DNA of 64,000 nucleotides from the human T2T-CHM13v2.0 reference genome, Homo sapiens. Positions 15,556-28,607 of the stretch are shown in pieces (the first letter of the stretch is position 1; each line of letters starts with the position of its first letter). The notes beneath the pieces are model-generated. The model ran no database searches. It worked only from the letters and a program-made list of their open reading frames with translations, and was not told where the DNA came from. The translations under genes were made by a program, and so were the position numbers. Where the stretch lies: the NCBI RefSeq assembly GCF_009914755.1, contig NC_060927.1. One strand, 5' to 3'.

Positions 15556-15855
15556 GTGTCTTAGGTCAAATTCTCCAGAACAAAATCCTGACACAAGAAT
15601 TCACTTGCGAGTGATTTATTAAGAAAGTGTTCCCAGGAGAAACTGATAATGGAATAGGGAAATCAAGAAAAGGGAGAAGAAAAGGCTAAATAGGGTACAA
15701 TATCAAGCAAACTTGCAGTTTTAGACTGATCCTATTACTCCTCAGAATTTGCCCTGCCAAAAGAAAGGAAGCCAGGCTTTTAAATGCCCTCCACTAGTCA
15801 GTCACTAGCTGAGAGTAACCTTGATAGGATGTGTACTCCTGGCCCCTGACAGCTC
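15556..15855 (-). mobile_element. ERVL LTR16-family LTR fragment
   Basis: tgtcttaggtcaaattctccagaacaaaatcctgacacaagaattcacttgcgagtgatttattaag. Confidence 0.5.
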
Positions 15856-16270
15856 TCTGTACATATACCTTGAACACAAAACAGTGCCTGGCACAGAAGA
15901 TCAGGAAATATTTGTTGAATAAAATAATTAATATTATGATGATTACTGTCATCGTCTTTTTGTTGTTGTAGCATTAAATAATATATATAGCAGAAGTGCA
16001 AATATGAACATGTGCACTGCAGGTCTGCACAGGGCATCATCTCAACTAAATGGTTTGTTTTGTCAAAATAAATGAAGCGGGTGTTGCCACTCTAAAACCA
16101 TCACCAACAGTTTTACTGCCATTTCTCTGCAGCTAAACACAAATGTGACAATGAAAGGAAAGGACACAAAACTGGGCATCTTTCACTGGAATTTGCCTGA
16201 GAAAGAAGAAAATGACAAGAGGTGGAGGGAGAAGAGAGGACTAAGAGGCCCTGTAAAAATATGTGGTCGA

Positions 16271-16556
16271 GGCCAGGTGCTGTGGTTCACACCTGTAATT
16301 CCAGTACTTTTGGAGGCCGAGGCAGACTTGATCACCTGAGGTCAGGAGTTCAAGACCAGCCTGCCCAACATGGTGAAACCTCATCTCTACTAAAAATACA
16401 AAATTAGCCAGGCATGGTGGCACGCGCCTGCAGTCCCAGCTACTTGGGAGGCTGAGGCAGGAGGAACCCAGGAGGCTGAGGTTGCAGTGAGCCAAGATCG
16501 TGCTACTGCACTCCAGCCTGGGTGACAGAGCAAGGCTCCATCTCAAAAAAAAAAAA
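16271..16556 (+). mobile_element. AluS (small right-arm deletion)
   Basis: ggccaggtgctgtggttcacacctgtaat...ctccatctc(A)n. Confidence 0.92.
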
Positions 16557-16609
16557 CATGGCCGATTTGCCAATTTACACCTGAGGCTCCATTATTGCCC
16601 ATCAATTGC

Positions 16610-16860
16610 CTTGGCAATAGAGTCCAGCTCTGAAATTAGACAAACCTGAGTTCAAAAGATCCTCCAGCATTTATTATTGGGTGGCCTCAGATGAGTGGCT
16701 TAACTTCTCTAGGCCTCAGTTTTTTTCATTTGTAAAATGAAAGTAATAATAATAACCTTCTCCTAGGATGATTCTGAGGAATGAATGAGTTAGTGAATGA
16801 CCAAATGCATTTACCATGCCTCACAGAGAGTACTCAATTATTATTGTTATTATTTTTGTT
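16610..16860 (+). mobile_element. MIR
   Basis: cttaacttctctaggcctcagtttttttcatttgtaaaatg core. Confidence 0.7.
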
Positions 16861-18409
16861 GTTGTTGTTTGGGCTTTAGTCCCTCAGGTCTTTTCCTCTG
16901 TCCAGTTCACTTATCCACTCACTCAATTAATATTTATTGAGTGCTGACACAATGTGATGTTATCAGAGGAGGCTCAGGAAATACAGTAGAAAATAAGACA
17001 AGTATTTAACAGACTAACACAGTTAACATTGGTAATAATTAAACATTTGTTGAACATTTACTCTAACCAGCTTCTATTCCAAATGCTTTATATACATTGT
17101 CCCATTTAATATTCTCACAGCACCTCCATGAAGTTGACCATTTTGTCATCCTTGTTAGAGAACCCAAGATTAGATAGATTAAGCTACTTGTACAAGGTCA
17201 TGCAGCCAAGTGGTACAGTGAGGTAGACCTCTGTTTAATCGTAATTAAGCAGACTCCTCTGTTTAATCACAAGGGGTTATGATGCCCCCACCGCCAGGGC
17301 TCTGCCAGAACTTTAGGTTGATCTCCAATATGTGACGCAAAGTTGTCAACCAGTCTCTAAGCCTGAGGCTCTGGAACAATACTCAGCACTCAACAAATTG
17401 GGGAAGATAACAAATTTTTCTACTAAACCAAAGCTGTGACAGATCTAATTGAATGCTGGAAGCAGTATGATTGCTTGTGATTTGCCCAGGATGAATGGCT
17501 CTGCTTGTCTTCATTTCAAAAGGCATTGCTTCCTGCCTGTGACACAGCCCTGGAGAATACATATTCTTTCCCCAGAAAAATCAGCAAAAAATAATTTCCA
17601 AAATATTTCCAACATTCCTCCAACCCACAAGCCCAGCTAAATGAAATTAAATTTCACCTTTCCTGAAGGTGAGTCTGTTTTTAAGTTTGAGCGATAGACT
17701 GATGTTTAATTTCAAATCCCCAAACATTGAGGCTATTGATTTTGGTAAGTATAAAGATTAATATTTCTGAAGAGGATAGATGGAAGAAAATATCCAGGCA
17801 ATTACAAGTAACATCCATTAAAGAAACAATAAATATTTAATAAGTTGAAGGAACTGCTAATATAGGAGAAGCTGAGAAGAGTTGGAAGATCAGTATGTGG
17901 GGTGGGGTAGGGGGAGAGAGAAAGAGAGTAAGAGAGAGAGAATTTACTACTTACAAAATTCTACTTCCTCAATTTGTACATTTATTAGGCCAGAGGACTG
18001 GTTCAGCCCTCTTTCCAGAGTTTGCACCTCTCTTTCCAGCCCCCTCTATTAAAACCTAGAAATTCAGGCATGTGATGAAAAGTAAAGATAGAACACCTTA
18101 CTTTTGCAGTGGGAAATGTGGCACTGGGAGCTGGAAATGTGTTAGCAAGATGGAAGAATTACATCCTAGAATAATCTAAGCAACAAGAAGTTAGACTTGA
18201 TGTTTACACCCTCTGAAATACACAGTGATACTTAACTAGAGGCAGGCCTTTGAATAATTTTTTAATTTTTTTATATTGAGAGAAAAATATTTCCTGCTTA
18301 CAGCTTCTGCCTAGGTTCTGGCATAAACCAATTCTGTGTTAAAAGAAGAAAAAGGCACTGTATCATAGGGAGGTTATAAGAATTAATTGAATGATTCATA
18401 AAGGAGTGC

Positions 18410-18790
18410 CTGGCACCTAGTAAGTGCTGTGTATTAGTTTAAGATTGGTTTGAAACTTAAATAGAAGATTGGCCCATAGAGAATTACATTTTAATAAGAT
18501 CACTTGAGAATCAGGGTGGGTGGAGGATGGACTGGAAGGATGAAATTGAAGGTGGGAATATGTGTTGGAGGGCTGCTACAGGAATCCAGGAGAGAGACGA
18601 TGGTGGCCTGAACCAGCTGGCCGCACTGGGGATAGAAAGAAATAAGGAAATTCTCTTTAATTCAGGAGATAGAACCCACAGGTCATGACAGTGGTTGACT
18701 ATGAGTATACAAGTAAATGGAGAAGTCCTGGGTGACATCCAGGTTATTTAAGCAAATTGCAGCACCATTTACTAAGAAGGGAAATGTGAA
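18410..18790 (-). mobile_element. L2 fragment
   Basis: ggagggctgctacaggaatccaggagagagacgatggtggcctgaaccag. Confidence 0.6.
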
Positions 18791-18879
18791 ACAAGAGTGG
18801 ACTGGTGTAAAGTTCAGTCTTTATGCCCCACTCCCTCTATTTTTCATGCTACACAGTCACCAAGTGGTTTCAGATCAAA

Positions 18880-19100
18880 GGTTTGGAGAGTGGACTCTTT
18901 AATCTGAAGGCTTAGTGTCTAATCATGACTCTTCCATATACTAGTTCTGTTTCCTTGGATAAATTATTAAGCCTCTCTGTGCCTCAGTTTTCTCATCAGT
19001 AAAATGGAACAATAATAGTAATCTAACTTATGGAAGCATAATTAATTCCTTATGTAAGGCACATAGCATGGAATCTGGCATATTGAAATACTCTCTATAC
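18880..19100 (+). mobile_element. MIR
   Basis: ctctctgtgcctcagttttctcatcagtaaaatgg. Confidence 0.7.
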
Positions 19101-19814
19101 ATTTTACTCCTTGGTATCACTACATGATTATTGATTACAAAATCAATATGCATAGTGAACATCTGAATTACTCTCCTTTGAATGGATTCAGCTGGTCTGA
19201 ACCTTTTTCAAATTATTGGTCCCCAGTACTACAAGGGCAAAAGCAGACATTTCAGGTGTTGCCGTGAGCATACTATTCACACCTCAGGGTCTTCTCTATT
19301 TCCTCTTGCTGGAACATTCTTCCTTCTGTCTTCATCTTTCACATCACAATTGAAAGTTTACTTCAAAACTCCTAGAAGAAAACGTAGGTGAACAACTCAA
19401 TGACATTGGTTTTGGCAATGATTTTTTGGATATGACACCAAAAGCACATGTAACAAAAGTAAAAGTAAATAAGTGTGACTAGTACATCAAACTAAAAAGT
19501 TTCTGCACAGAAAAGGAAACAGTCAACCAAATGGGAAGACAACTCATAAAAAAGGAGAAAATATTTGCAAATCATATATCTGATAAAGGGTTAATATCCA
19601 AAATATATAAGGAACTCAAACAACTTAATAACAAGAAAACAAATAACCTGGTTGAAATATGGGCAAAGAACTTGAATAGATTTTTTTTCCAAAGAAGACA
19701 TACAAGTGGCCAACAAGTATATGAAAATGTGCTCAACATCACCAATCATTAGGGAAATACAAGATAAAATCATAATGCAGTAACATATCACACCAGATAG
19801 GATAGCTATTATCA

Positions 19815-20112
<298 letters not shown>

Positions 20113-20339
20113 GTGAAAAGATAAGTGTTGACAAGGATATGAAAAAAAAGGGGGATCCTTTTACATTGTTGGTGGGAATGTAATTGGTAAAGCCATTATG
20201 GAAAGCAATATGGAAATTCCCCCCAAAATTAAAAATATAGCTATCATATGATCCAGCAATCCCACTTTTTTGAGTATATATCCAAAGAAAACGAAATTAG
20301 TATCTCAAAGAGATACCTGCCCTGTCATGTTCATTACAG

Positions 20340-20623
20340 TTTTTTTTTTTTTTTTCTGAAACAAGATCTCACATTGTCACCCAGGTTGGAGTGCAGTGGC
20401 TCAATCTAGACTCACATATTCAAGCAATTTTCCTGCCTCAGCCCCACCAAGTAGCTGGAACTACAGGCATGTGCCACTATGCCTGCTTATTTTTATATTT
20501 TTTTGTAGAGATGGGGTTTCGCCAGGTTGCCCAAACTGGTCTCGAACTTCTGACCTCAAGCAATCTGCCTGCCTTGGCCTCCCAAAGGGCTGGGATTACA
20601 GGCGTGAGCCACCACACCTGGCA
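20340..20623 (-). mobile_element. Alu (J-like)
   Basis: Reverse Alu with T-run; perfect TSD tcatgttcattacag at 20325-20339 and 20624-20638. Confidence 0.9.
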
Positions 20624-21068
20624 TCATGTTCATTACAGCCTTATTCACAATACCAAAATATGGAAACAACCTAAGTGTCCACCAGTGGATGAATAGATAA
20701 AGAAAAGATTGTACACGTATACAATGAAATGTTATTCCATCTTCAGAAAGAAGAAAATCCTGCCATTTGTGACAATGTGGGTAACCCAGATGACATTATC
20801 CTAATTGAAATAAGCCGGACACGGAAAGACAAATACTGCATGATGTCACTTATAAACGGAACCTGAAAATACTCAAACTCATAGAAACAGAGCATAAGGG
20901 TACTTACCAGGGGTTGGTGGAGTGGGAGAAAAGGAGAGATATTTGTCAAAGGCTATTGGAAATTGCCAAGTTACATTGGTAATTGTAAGATGAATAAGTT
21001 CTGAAGACTTAATGTAAAACATGATGACTATAGTTAATAATAAGGTATACTTGAAATTTGATAAGACA

Positions 21069-21372
21069 AGCTGGGAGCAGTGGCTCACACCTATAATCCC
21101 AGCACTTTGGGAGGCCAAGGCAGGTGGCTAACTTCAGGTCAGGAGTTCAAGACCAGCCTGGCCAACATGGTGAAATCCCATCTCTACTAAAAATACAAAA
21201 ACTTAGCTGGGTGTGGTGGTGTGCACCTGTAATCTCAGCTACTCAGGAGGCTGAGGCAGGAGAATAGCTTGAACTCAGGAGGCGGAAGTTGTAGTGAGCC
21301 AAGATCGTGCCACTGTACTCCAGCCTGGGCGACAGAGCAAGTCTCTGCATCAAAGAAAAAAAAAAAAAAGAA
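21069..21372 (+). mobile_element. AluSx-like
   Basis: ggtcaggagttcaagaccagcctggccaacatggtgaa; A-tail. Confidence 0.92.
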
Positions 21373-21810
21373 GAAATCTTCTAAGACAGTAAATTTTAAG
21401 TAGTCTCATCACCAAAAGAAGGGGGTAATATGTTAATATGTAAGGTGATGGATGTGTTAAATAGTTTGATTGTGGTCATGATTTCACAAAGTTTATGTAT
21501 GTCAAGACATCACATTGTAGTCTTTGAATGTATAAAAAGTGTGTTTGTCAATTATACCTCAACAAAGTTAAAAAAAAAATTAAAAGGTTACCTCCCCAGG
21601 GAAGCTCACCGTGAAACACTCTAGCCTTACACTAGATGAGCAGCGTGTGCTCGGATACTCTTATAGTATAGTACCATGGTGTTTTTCTTTGTATCATTGT
21701 CACAAACCTAATGTCGATCTCCTCAAACCAGACTCTAAGCCCCATAAGGACGGGAAGCATTTTATGATCTTATCCCCAGTGCCCAGGCTAGGGCTTAGCA
21801 CACAATCAAT

Positions 21811-22015
21811 ATAGTTGACTCTTGAACAACACAAGTTTGAACTGTGAGAGTCCACTTATACGTATATTTATTTCAACCAGAGATGCAAAATACAGTATTT
21901 GGGGGATGTGAAACTCCAGTATCCAGAGGGCTTTTTGTATGTGCAGTTTCTACAGGGCTGACTGCAGGACTTGAGTATGTGCACACTTTGGTATATGAGG
22001 GGCTCTTGCAATGAA
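21811..22015 (+). mobile_element. MER8/Tigger2-derived MITE
   Basis: agttgactcttgaacaacacaagtttgaactgtgagagtccacttatacg resembles the Tigger2/MER8 terminus. Confidence 0.65.
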
Positions 22016-22985
22016 TCCTTACTAGCTGTGTGATTTCAGGCAAGCAGGTTCACCTGTCTAAGCCTCAATGTATTTATCTGTAGAATGAGGACAATTATAT
22101 AATGATACATTCTACTCTGTAGAGTTGTCATAAATGTTAAGTGAGAACAGATGTGCAGAGTTCTGTGCACAAGGCCTAGAACAGCTAAGTGCTCCAAATG
22201 CGTGATCTACTACTAATATTATTATGACTGTTTTTGTATTTGATTCCAGGTTATACCCTCAGTAAGAAGAACTCATCCTCCACCCTCCTGTATTTACAGA
22301 ACAAGGCTTCCTTGCTTTTCACTAGCCTATTCACCAGTTCTTTTAAGCACCACATACTAACAAATTTCTAGAACTATATTAGCAAGAAGAAAAACTTTCC
22401 CGGATTCTCATATTATCCTCAGGTCAGGGAAAAAGCCAAAGTAGAAAAGGAGGATTATTGCCACTGGGAATGTTATATAATTTTTCATGCAATTAGACCA
22501 TCCTCCCCAACTTTGTTCCAAAAGTTCCAGTAATCAAATTCTGATTTTTTTTATCACAAGCATAAAAGCAAAGAAGGGTGAAGAAATCTCTCTCTGACAA
22601 ATGAGGAGAAGACTGGTTCTCTCAACTTACAAGAGTAAACAATGGCTCTATTCCCAGGTCGTTTTTCACAGAGGTTATTGATGCTCTCTCCAGATCTTTC
22701 TGTTTCTGGCCTATACCATCCCCCAGCTTCTGCAGTTATTGGATGCTGATTGCTCATACCTGTGTCTGTCTCCAGATGCTGAAGGGTTGCCTAGTCCAAA
22801 CATATCTGGGAGTTTTGACCTCCACTCCCAAGGATAGTGTGTGGCCAATGGCTGACTAGGTGGAGATATAAAAGCCAGGCCCTGAGAACCTAGGCAGAAC
22901 AACCTCTGTAGTGCAACTTACACTCAAGAGCATATCCTGAAATCAGGCTGGACGTTGCCAAAAAAAAATAATAATAATCTATGCA

Positions 22986-23346
22986 CCTATGGGGGGGCTG
23001 TGTTCCCACCCAAATCTCATCTTAAATTGTAGCTCCCATAATCCCCATGTGTCAGGGGAGGGACCTAGTGGGAGGTAATTTCATCATAGGGGCGGATTTT
23101 TCCTGTGCTGTTTCCTGATAGTGAATAAGTCTCACTAGACCTGATGGTTTTATAAAGGGCAGCTCTGCTGCACACGTTATCTTGCCTGCTGCCTTGTAAG
23201 ATGTGACTTTGCTTCTCCTTTGCTTTCCACCATGATTGTGAGGCCTCCCCAGCCATATGGAACTGTGAGTCCACTAAACCTCTTTTTCTTTATAAATTAC
23301 CCAGTCTCAGATATTTTTCATAGAACTATGAAAATTGACTAATACA
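22986..23346 (+). mobile_element. THE1 MaLR LTR nested in an older ERVL-type LTR (about 22570-23460)
   Basis: cccacccaaatctcatcttaaattgtagctccc...ccaccatgattgtgaggcctccccagcc...gactaataca. Confidence 0.85.
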
Positions 23347-24584
23347 CTTACCCTTCGTTCCCTCCCTTACAGATCCCACCTGAGGCACCACTGTAATAAA
23401 CCTCTTGCACAAGAATCCACATCTTAGACTCTGCTTTTAAGGAGCCCAAATTAAGATACTGGACTCTAATTAAACCAGCTATTAATAGGCTTAATGTGAC
23501 GATTGTAAAAGAGGCTAATCTTAGCTCATGAGGATAATGTAAAAAGTATTTTAAAAGGAGATATTTAAAATAGTAAATCAGATCATCATTACTCCTTAAT
23601 TTTCCATCACCATATAGTTTGAAAAATCCTTTTACATATACTGAAAGGAGGTTAATATTGTCCTTCTCCTTTTTGAGGTGGATAAACTGAGGCTCAAAGA
23701 GGTTAAACTCATCATATTCAAATACATCTTAAACATTTGGTGACTATTGCTTGAATTAATTGTTTAAGCCCTGTGCCAGATATTGTAAGTTCACTTATTC
23801 AACACCCACCCCAACCATCTTCCCTTCCTCTGCTCTAGAGGCTAGAAAGTACAATGTATGCTTGCATGCTTTCCCAGTCTTCTCAGCATCTCATGGTGTC
23901 CATGTGATGTATCTCTGGTCAATGAAATGAAAACTCCTAGTTAGGGCTTTTCTCCCAAAATAAACAGCAAAGTCTCAAAATGAAGTGCACTTCTCCTTCT
24001 TCCTGCCTGCCCAAACATGACACAAGGCCGGAAGTGGAACAAGTATCTGGAAAGAGTAAGGAGGATGAAGAATAAATATAGATGTGGGAGACGATGGAGC
24101 AGAACAAGACAGAGAGCCTGGAACACTGAAAACACCATGGATCTGGTACACAAGCTGTAGGCGGCCTGCCTCTTGTGACCAGCAGCCAAACGTAAATATG
24201 AACGGAGACAAATCTTGATATCGGTTTAGGGAAACTTAAAAATGCTGCACATGCACACGGCTGGAATAGAAGTTCAAGTGTTATTTTAAAAGCTAGAAAG
24301 GGACATGTATGAAAAAAGCCAACATACTAGCAAAATTACTCAGCGTGCTAAAGGGAATGTCATGGAAAATCATGAAAAAAAGTTCTTGTTTTCCAGTGAT
24401 GTATTGCCTAACTCCAACTCTCCATAAAATGAAATGTCTTTGCACAAGTGGATGCAAATGCTTTCTTTCCTTCTTAAAATAGTCCAAATATTATTTTACA
24501 TATATTGATCAATAAATAGCAGCCATATATAATAGGTTCTATTATTACCTCCTCTTTGTAGATGACAGAACCAAGGCTGTGAGA

Positions 24585-24793
24585 CTATGCTGTCTGGTAT
24601 GATACCCACTACCCATATGAGGCTATTTTTAATTTTAATCTAAATTAATTAAAATTAAATCATATTTAAAATTTAGTTTCTCAGTCACTCTAGCCACATT
24701 TTAAACATATGTGGCTAGTGACTGTCACATTGACCAACACAGCTTTAGAGTATTTTCATCACCACAAAACCTTTCATTGGACATGTTGCTCTA
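24585..24793. mobile_element. MER3-like hAT-Charlie MITE
   Basis: aaattaattaaaattaaa...ttagtttctcagtcactctagccacattt...gtggctagtg. Confidence 0.65.
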
Positions 24794-24889
24794 ATTGGCA
24801 AAGTAATTTGTGTAAGATTCTATGACTATTAAAAATTTGAGCTTATCCCAACTTCTACCTCATAGAACAAACAAGCTCACTTTAGGACA

Positions 24890-25407
24890 GTGTTTTGTGT
24901 CCTGCTTGTTGTTGTAACAAATCACCACAACTCTAATGGCTTACAATCGTACAAATTTACTGCGTTGTAGCTCTGGAGGTCAGGCATCTGAAATGGGACT
25001 CACTGGGCTAAAATTAAGGTGTTGGCAGAGCCGTGTTCCTCCTGGGGGTTCTAGGAGATAATCTGTTTTTTTGCCTTTTCCATCTTCGAAAAGTCCCTAA
25101 TACCTTGGCTAGCAGCCCCATTTTCCATATTCAAAGTCACCAACCATGAGCTGCATCTTCCCCACGCTGCTCTCTCTCTGGTTCTCCCTCTTCTGCCTCC
25201 CTCTTCCATTCATAAGAACATGTGATTACAGTTTGCAGTGTCCCCACCTAGATAATCCAGGATAATATGTCCATCTCAAGGTCCACTAATTAGTGATCTT
25301 AATTCTATCTGCAAACTCAATTCTCCTTTGCCTTGTCACCAAACATGTTCACAAGTTCCAGGGATTAGGACATGGACATCTTTGGAGGTCATTTTCTGCC
25401 TCCCACA
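24890..25407 (-). mobile_element. MLT1D MaLR LTR
   Basis: Minus-strand start tgtgggaggcagaaaatgacctccaaagatgtccatgtcctaatccctggaac. Confidence 0.75.
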
Positions 25408-27324
25408 AGCAGCATTCCCTCCGTGATCTGACCCCATCTGTTTTTCAGCCTTTTTTTTTCCCTTGAATTCTTTTTTATATTCCTTGTGCTCCAGCCAAAC
25501 AAAAACGTTCACTGTCCCCCAGCAATACCATTCAATCCAACAAACACAATTAAAACATCTTCTATGCTCTTCAACCCTAGAGAAACAAAATACATTTAGA
25601 GCAGGCCCCTCTCTAGAGGACCTCTTCTCCAGGCCCTTGTTTCTTAGATGTTCCCTTTTCCACAAACAGCATTTTAAGCCCCACCCATAGCCCAACCTAA
25701 GTACACCTTATCTTTTAATTCTAATCCTAAAAATTCTGTTCAAATAGCAACAAATCCACCAGACAATGTCTGAGATCACTCCAGAATCAGATGGTGGTCA
25801 ATGGTGGAGCATTTGGCTGCAGCTCCAGAGATGTTTCCAGCCACATCTAGGTGTCCCGTTTGGTGACTCTGGGAGACAGGATATGTACAGGCTATGGCAT
25901 ATGAATAGAAACATGGACTCTAGAGTCAGAAGGCCTGTGTTTGAATCCCATAAGAAATGACTTTACCTTTTAATAATGGAATCTCTTTCTCCTCCTCTCT
26001 GTTGTGTGTATGTGTGGAGAGAAGAGTGGGGGCTAAGAAGGGTCCATGTGACTATTAAGATACTTACTTCATTTCAACTTGTTTATTTGATTTGTTTATT
26101 GTAACTCTTCTATTTAGATGAAATGGACCTTGCTAATATTCTTTATCCTTACATTTACCTATGTCCTTCTCAGGATCTTTGTTGAGTGCCTGGGTAGAGC
26201 ATCCAGAAAGGGTCTATGAACACACAATGTCACAACAATGCCAAGGACTTTATGATAGTGATAAATGAACTTCAACACAAAAGAAATGTAAGACCCTACC
26301 AATGAGGACAGATGGAAAATAAAATCACATTTTCCAGGGTGATTTATCTAAAGTCATTTATGAGAAGACATTTCAGGGCAAACAGGCCACATCAGAGGAG
26401 CATATCTCTCAGGGTAAGTCAACCACCAAGGAGGGAAAGATTGTTTTTATACAGCATGGCCCCTAAATGCAAGACAATACTTAATCTGTTATTAAACTGA
26501 AAAATAAGAAACTTATTCAACACTAGAAAGGGAAAAATCACTTTTTAGCTTTTTGGGCTTAGTGAGAGAGACTACAGTGTACATGATGCTTTTTTTGGCA
26601 CTTTATTGATAATTTAAAGGATTTTCAAGGGTAATTTTGATGCTACACAATTTTTGCCATATGTGCTGACTTTAAACACTAACTCCCACATAAGATATGA
26701 CGCTACCCTTATGTCTTTTAGCACCTCAGGCCTCAAAAGTCATTCATATTATATTAGTTTCTTCAAAGGCTCTCTGATTCTAATAGAAATCGGCCCCACT
26801 AAATCCTAGTATTCATGTTTGCTTTTAAACAACTCACACCTTGGTTTAATGCAGAGGAGCTGTTTCCAGTCTTATTTTGACTGCTTTTAGCATCCTGGGC
26901 CCAGGCCCTAAAGAGCTTAGGGTCAGATGGGCCTTGAAGTTTAATTATTAAAGCAGCAATTATACAACTGAGAAGAATGAAATTGAAAATGAATCCAGCA
27001 GCTGATAGTGGGGTGAGTTTGAGGGGAGTCAGGGGAACTGTAAGGACTAAAAGCCACAGACACAACCAAACAGAGATTTGCATAAGCAAATGAAAACAAA
27101 TACAATGCACTTTACAAAATTACGGAATGGAACTTTCTCTTTATTATTTCCACCATCTTATCAAAAAAATGGATGTAATTCTAAAACATTGCCTGGTCAT
27201 TGGGAGATAGAGTATGGAGCTGGAAGGAAGGAGACCTCCGATTCAGACCTAATCTTTTAGCTCAGGCTCTGGGGAACTTGGCAAATGACTTCATTTTCCT
27301 GTCAAAAAGAGAAGAGTGTTTTCT

Positions 27325-27592
27325 CACAGTGTGTTTCATGTAACACCCGGTGTGAAAAGTATTATGTATGTAAAATTGTCTATAGTCAAATAAATTTGGC
27401 CTTGCATGTTTGTCTTGCCATATTCCCGTCTTAGAAATTCACCATGTCCATTAGCATATTAAAGACTCTGAGAAGTCCTGCAGCAAATTAAGCACTTTGC
27501 TTAAATTCAGTATTTCCAAATATCATTGAGCATAGATATCTTTTTTGGTGAGACATCATTTAAAGTGTGTTTCAAGGAACACACTTTGAGCA
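27325..27592. mobile_element. MER103-like hAT-Charlie fragment
   Basis: cattagcatattaaagactctgagaagtcctgcagc; gaacacactttgag. Confidence 0.55.
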
Positions 27593-27673
27593 ACCTGAAC
27601 AACTTCATATAAACTCTGTGAGGGTAAAGGTCGTGTCTGTTTGTTCACAGAGTGCCTGGTACAGAGTAAAATG

Positions 27674-27983
27674 AGGGGCTGGAAAACTACGATCTGGAGG
27701 CCAGATCTAGCTCATGAGTTCAGTATGGTTTTTACATGTTTAATATTTGGGAAAAAAAATAGAAAACACAATATTTTATGACACAAAGAATATAAAATTC
27801 AAATTCCAGTGTCCACCCATAAACGTTTAATACACCACGCCCATTTGTTTATTTACCTTTTATGACTGCTTTCCAAATGGCAATGGCAGAGTTGTGTAAT
27901 TGCAACACAATGACAGTAATGGCCCCACAAAGGCTGAAATTTTTACTATCTGGCCCTTTATAGACAAAGTTTGCAGATCCCTA
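27674..27983 (+). mobile_element. MER58B-like hAT-Charlie MITE
   Basis: ggggctggaaaactacg...tttactatctggccctttatagacaaagtttgcagatccct. Confidence 0.7.
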
Positions 27984-28607
27984 GAGTAGACTCTCAACTA
28001 AATTGTGCAGATGAATAAATATCTTTAAAATTCACTATTCTTGCCACTTTCCATGCCAAGCTGCCTCATTTTCTGGGGAGAAGATCGAGGCCTTCCTTTG
28101 TTTAATTGGTCTTGTCTTCTTTTTTCTGGTCTCTGCTGTAGTTCATCTAAGCAGTTACTTGAGGTGAGCAAATGTTTGAAATCCAGGTCTTCTCTTCACA
28201 CCTCACATGTTCCCTAGTTTGCTTCATGAGAGTCTTTCTCAGATATTAAGTATAAACACGCAATGTCAGGAAGGAGAGAAAAAAGGAATTAAGGCTTGGG
28301 TGGTTTTGACTGGGATGTCAGAGTTCCCACCATTTTTGTTTGAAAGGGACGAACATAGCAAGAAGAGGAAAGGTGGGACAGGGCACTTTGGATTTCTTTT
28401 TAACATTCTGATGTAAAGCACGCAAATCAGCCCCCTAAGAAAAGACCTGGAACACAGATTCTCATTACCACAACCCAAGCTGAAGAAGCAGCACAGGGAA
28501 CTGGAGTCAGAAGGAAAGAACATGGTCAGAACCCTGGCCCCTGCCACTTAGTTTTCATGTAACCTTAGGCAACAAACTTAACTCTTTTCCTTAGAAAATG
28601 GGCCTCC

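Noticed and set aside
17228-17268. Direct repeat cctctgtttaatc x2
   Set aside because: Single 13-bp micro-duplication with no supporting structure.
17576-17668. Plus-strand exon-like segment (cccag|...AAG|gtgagt)
   Set aside because: Isolated, with no partner exons or homology; such signals arise by chance.
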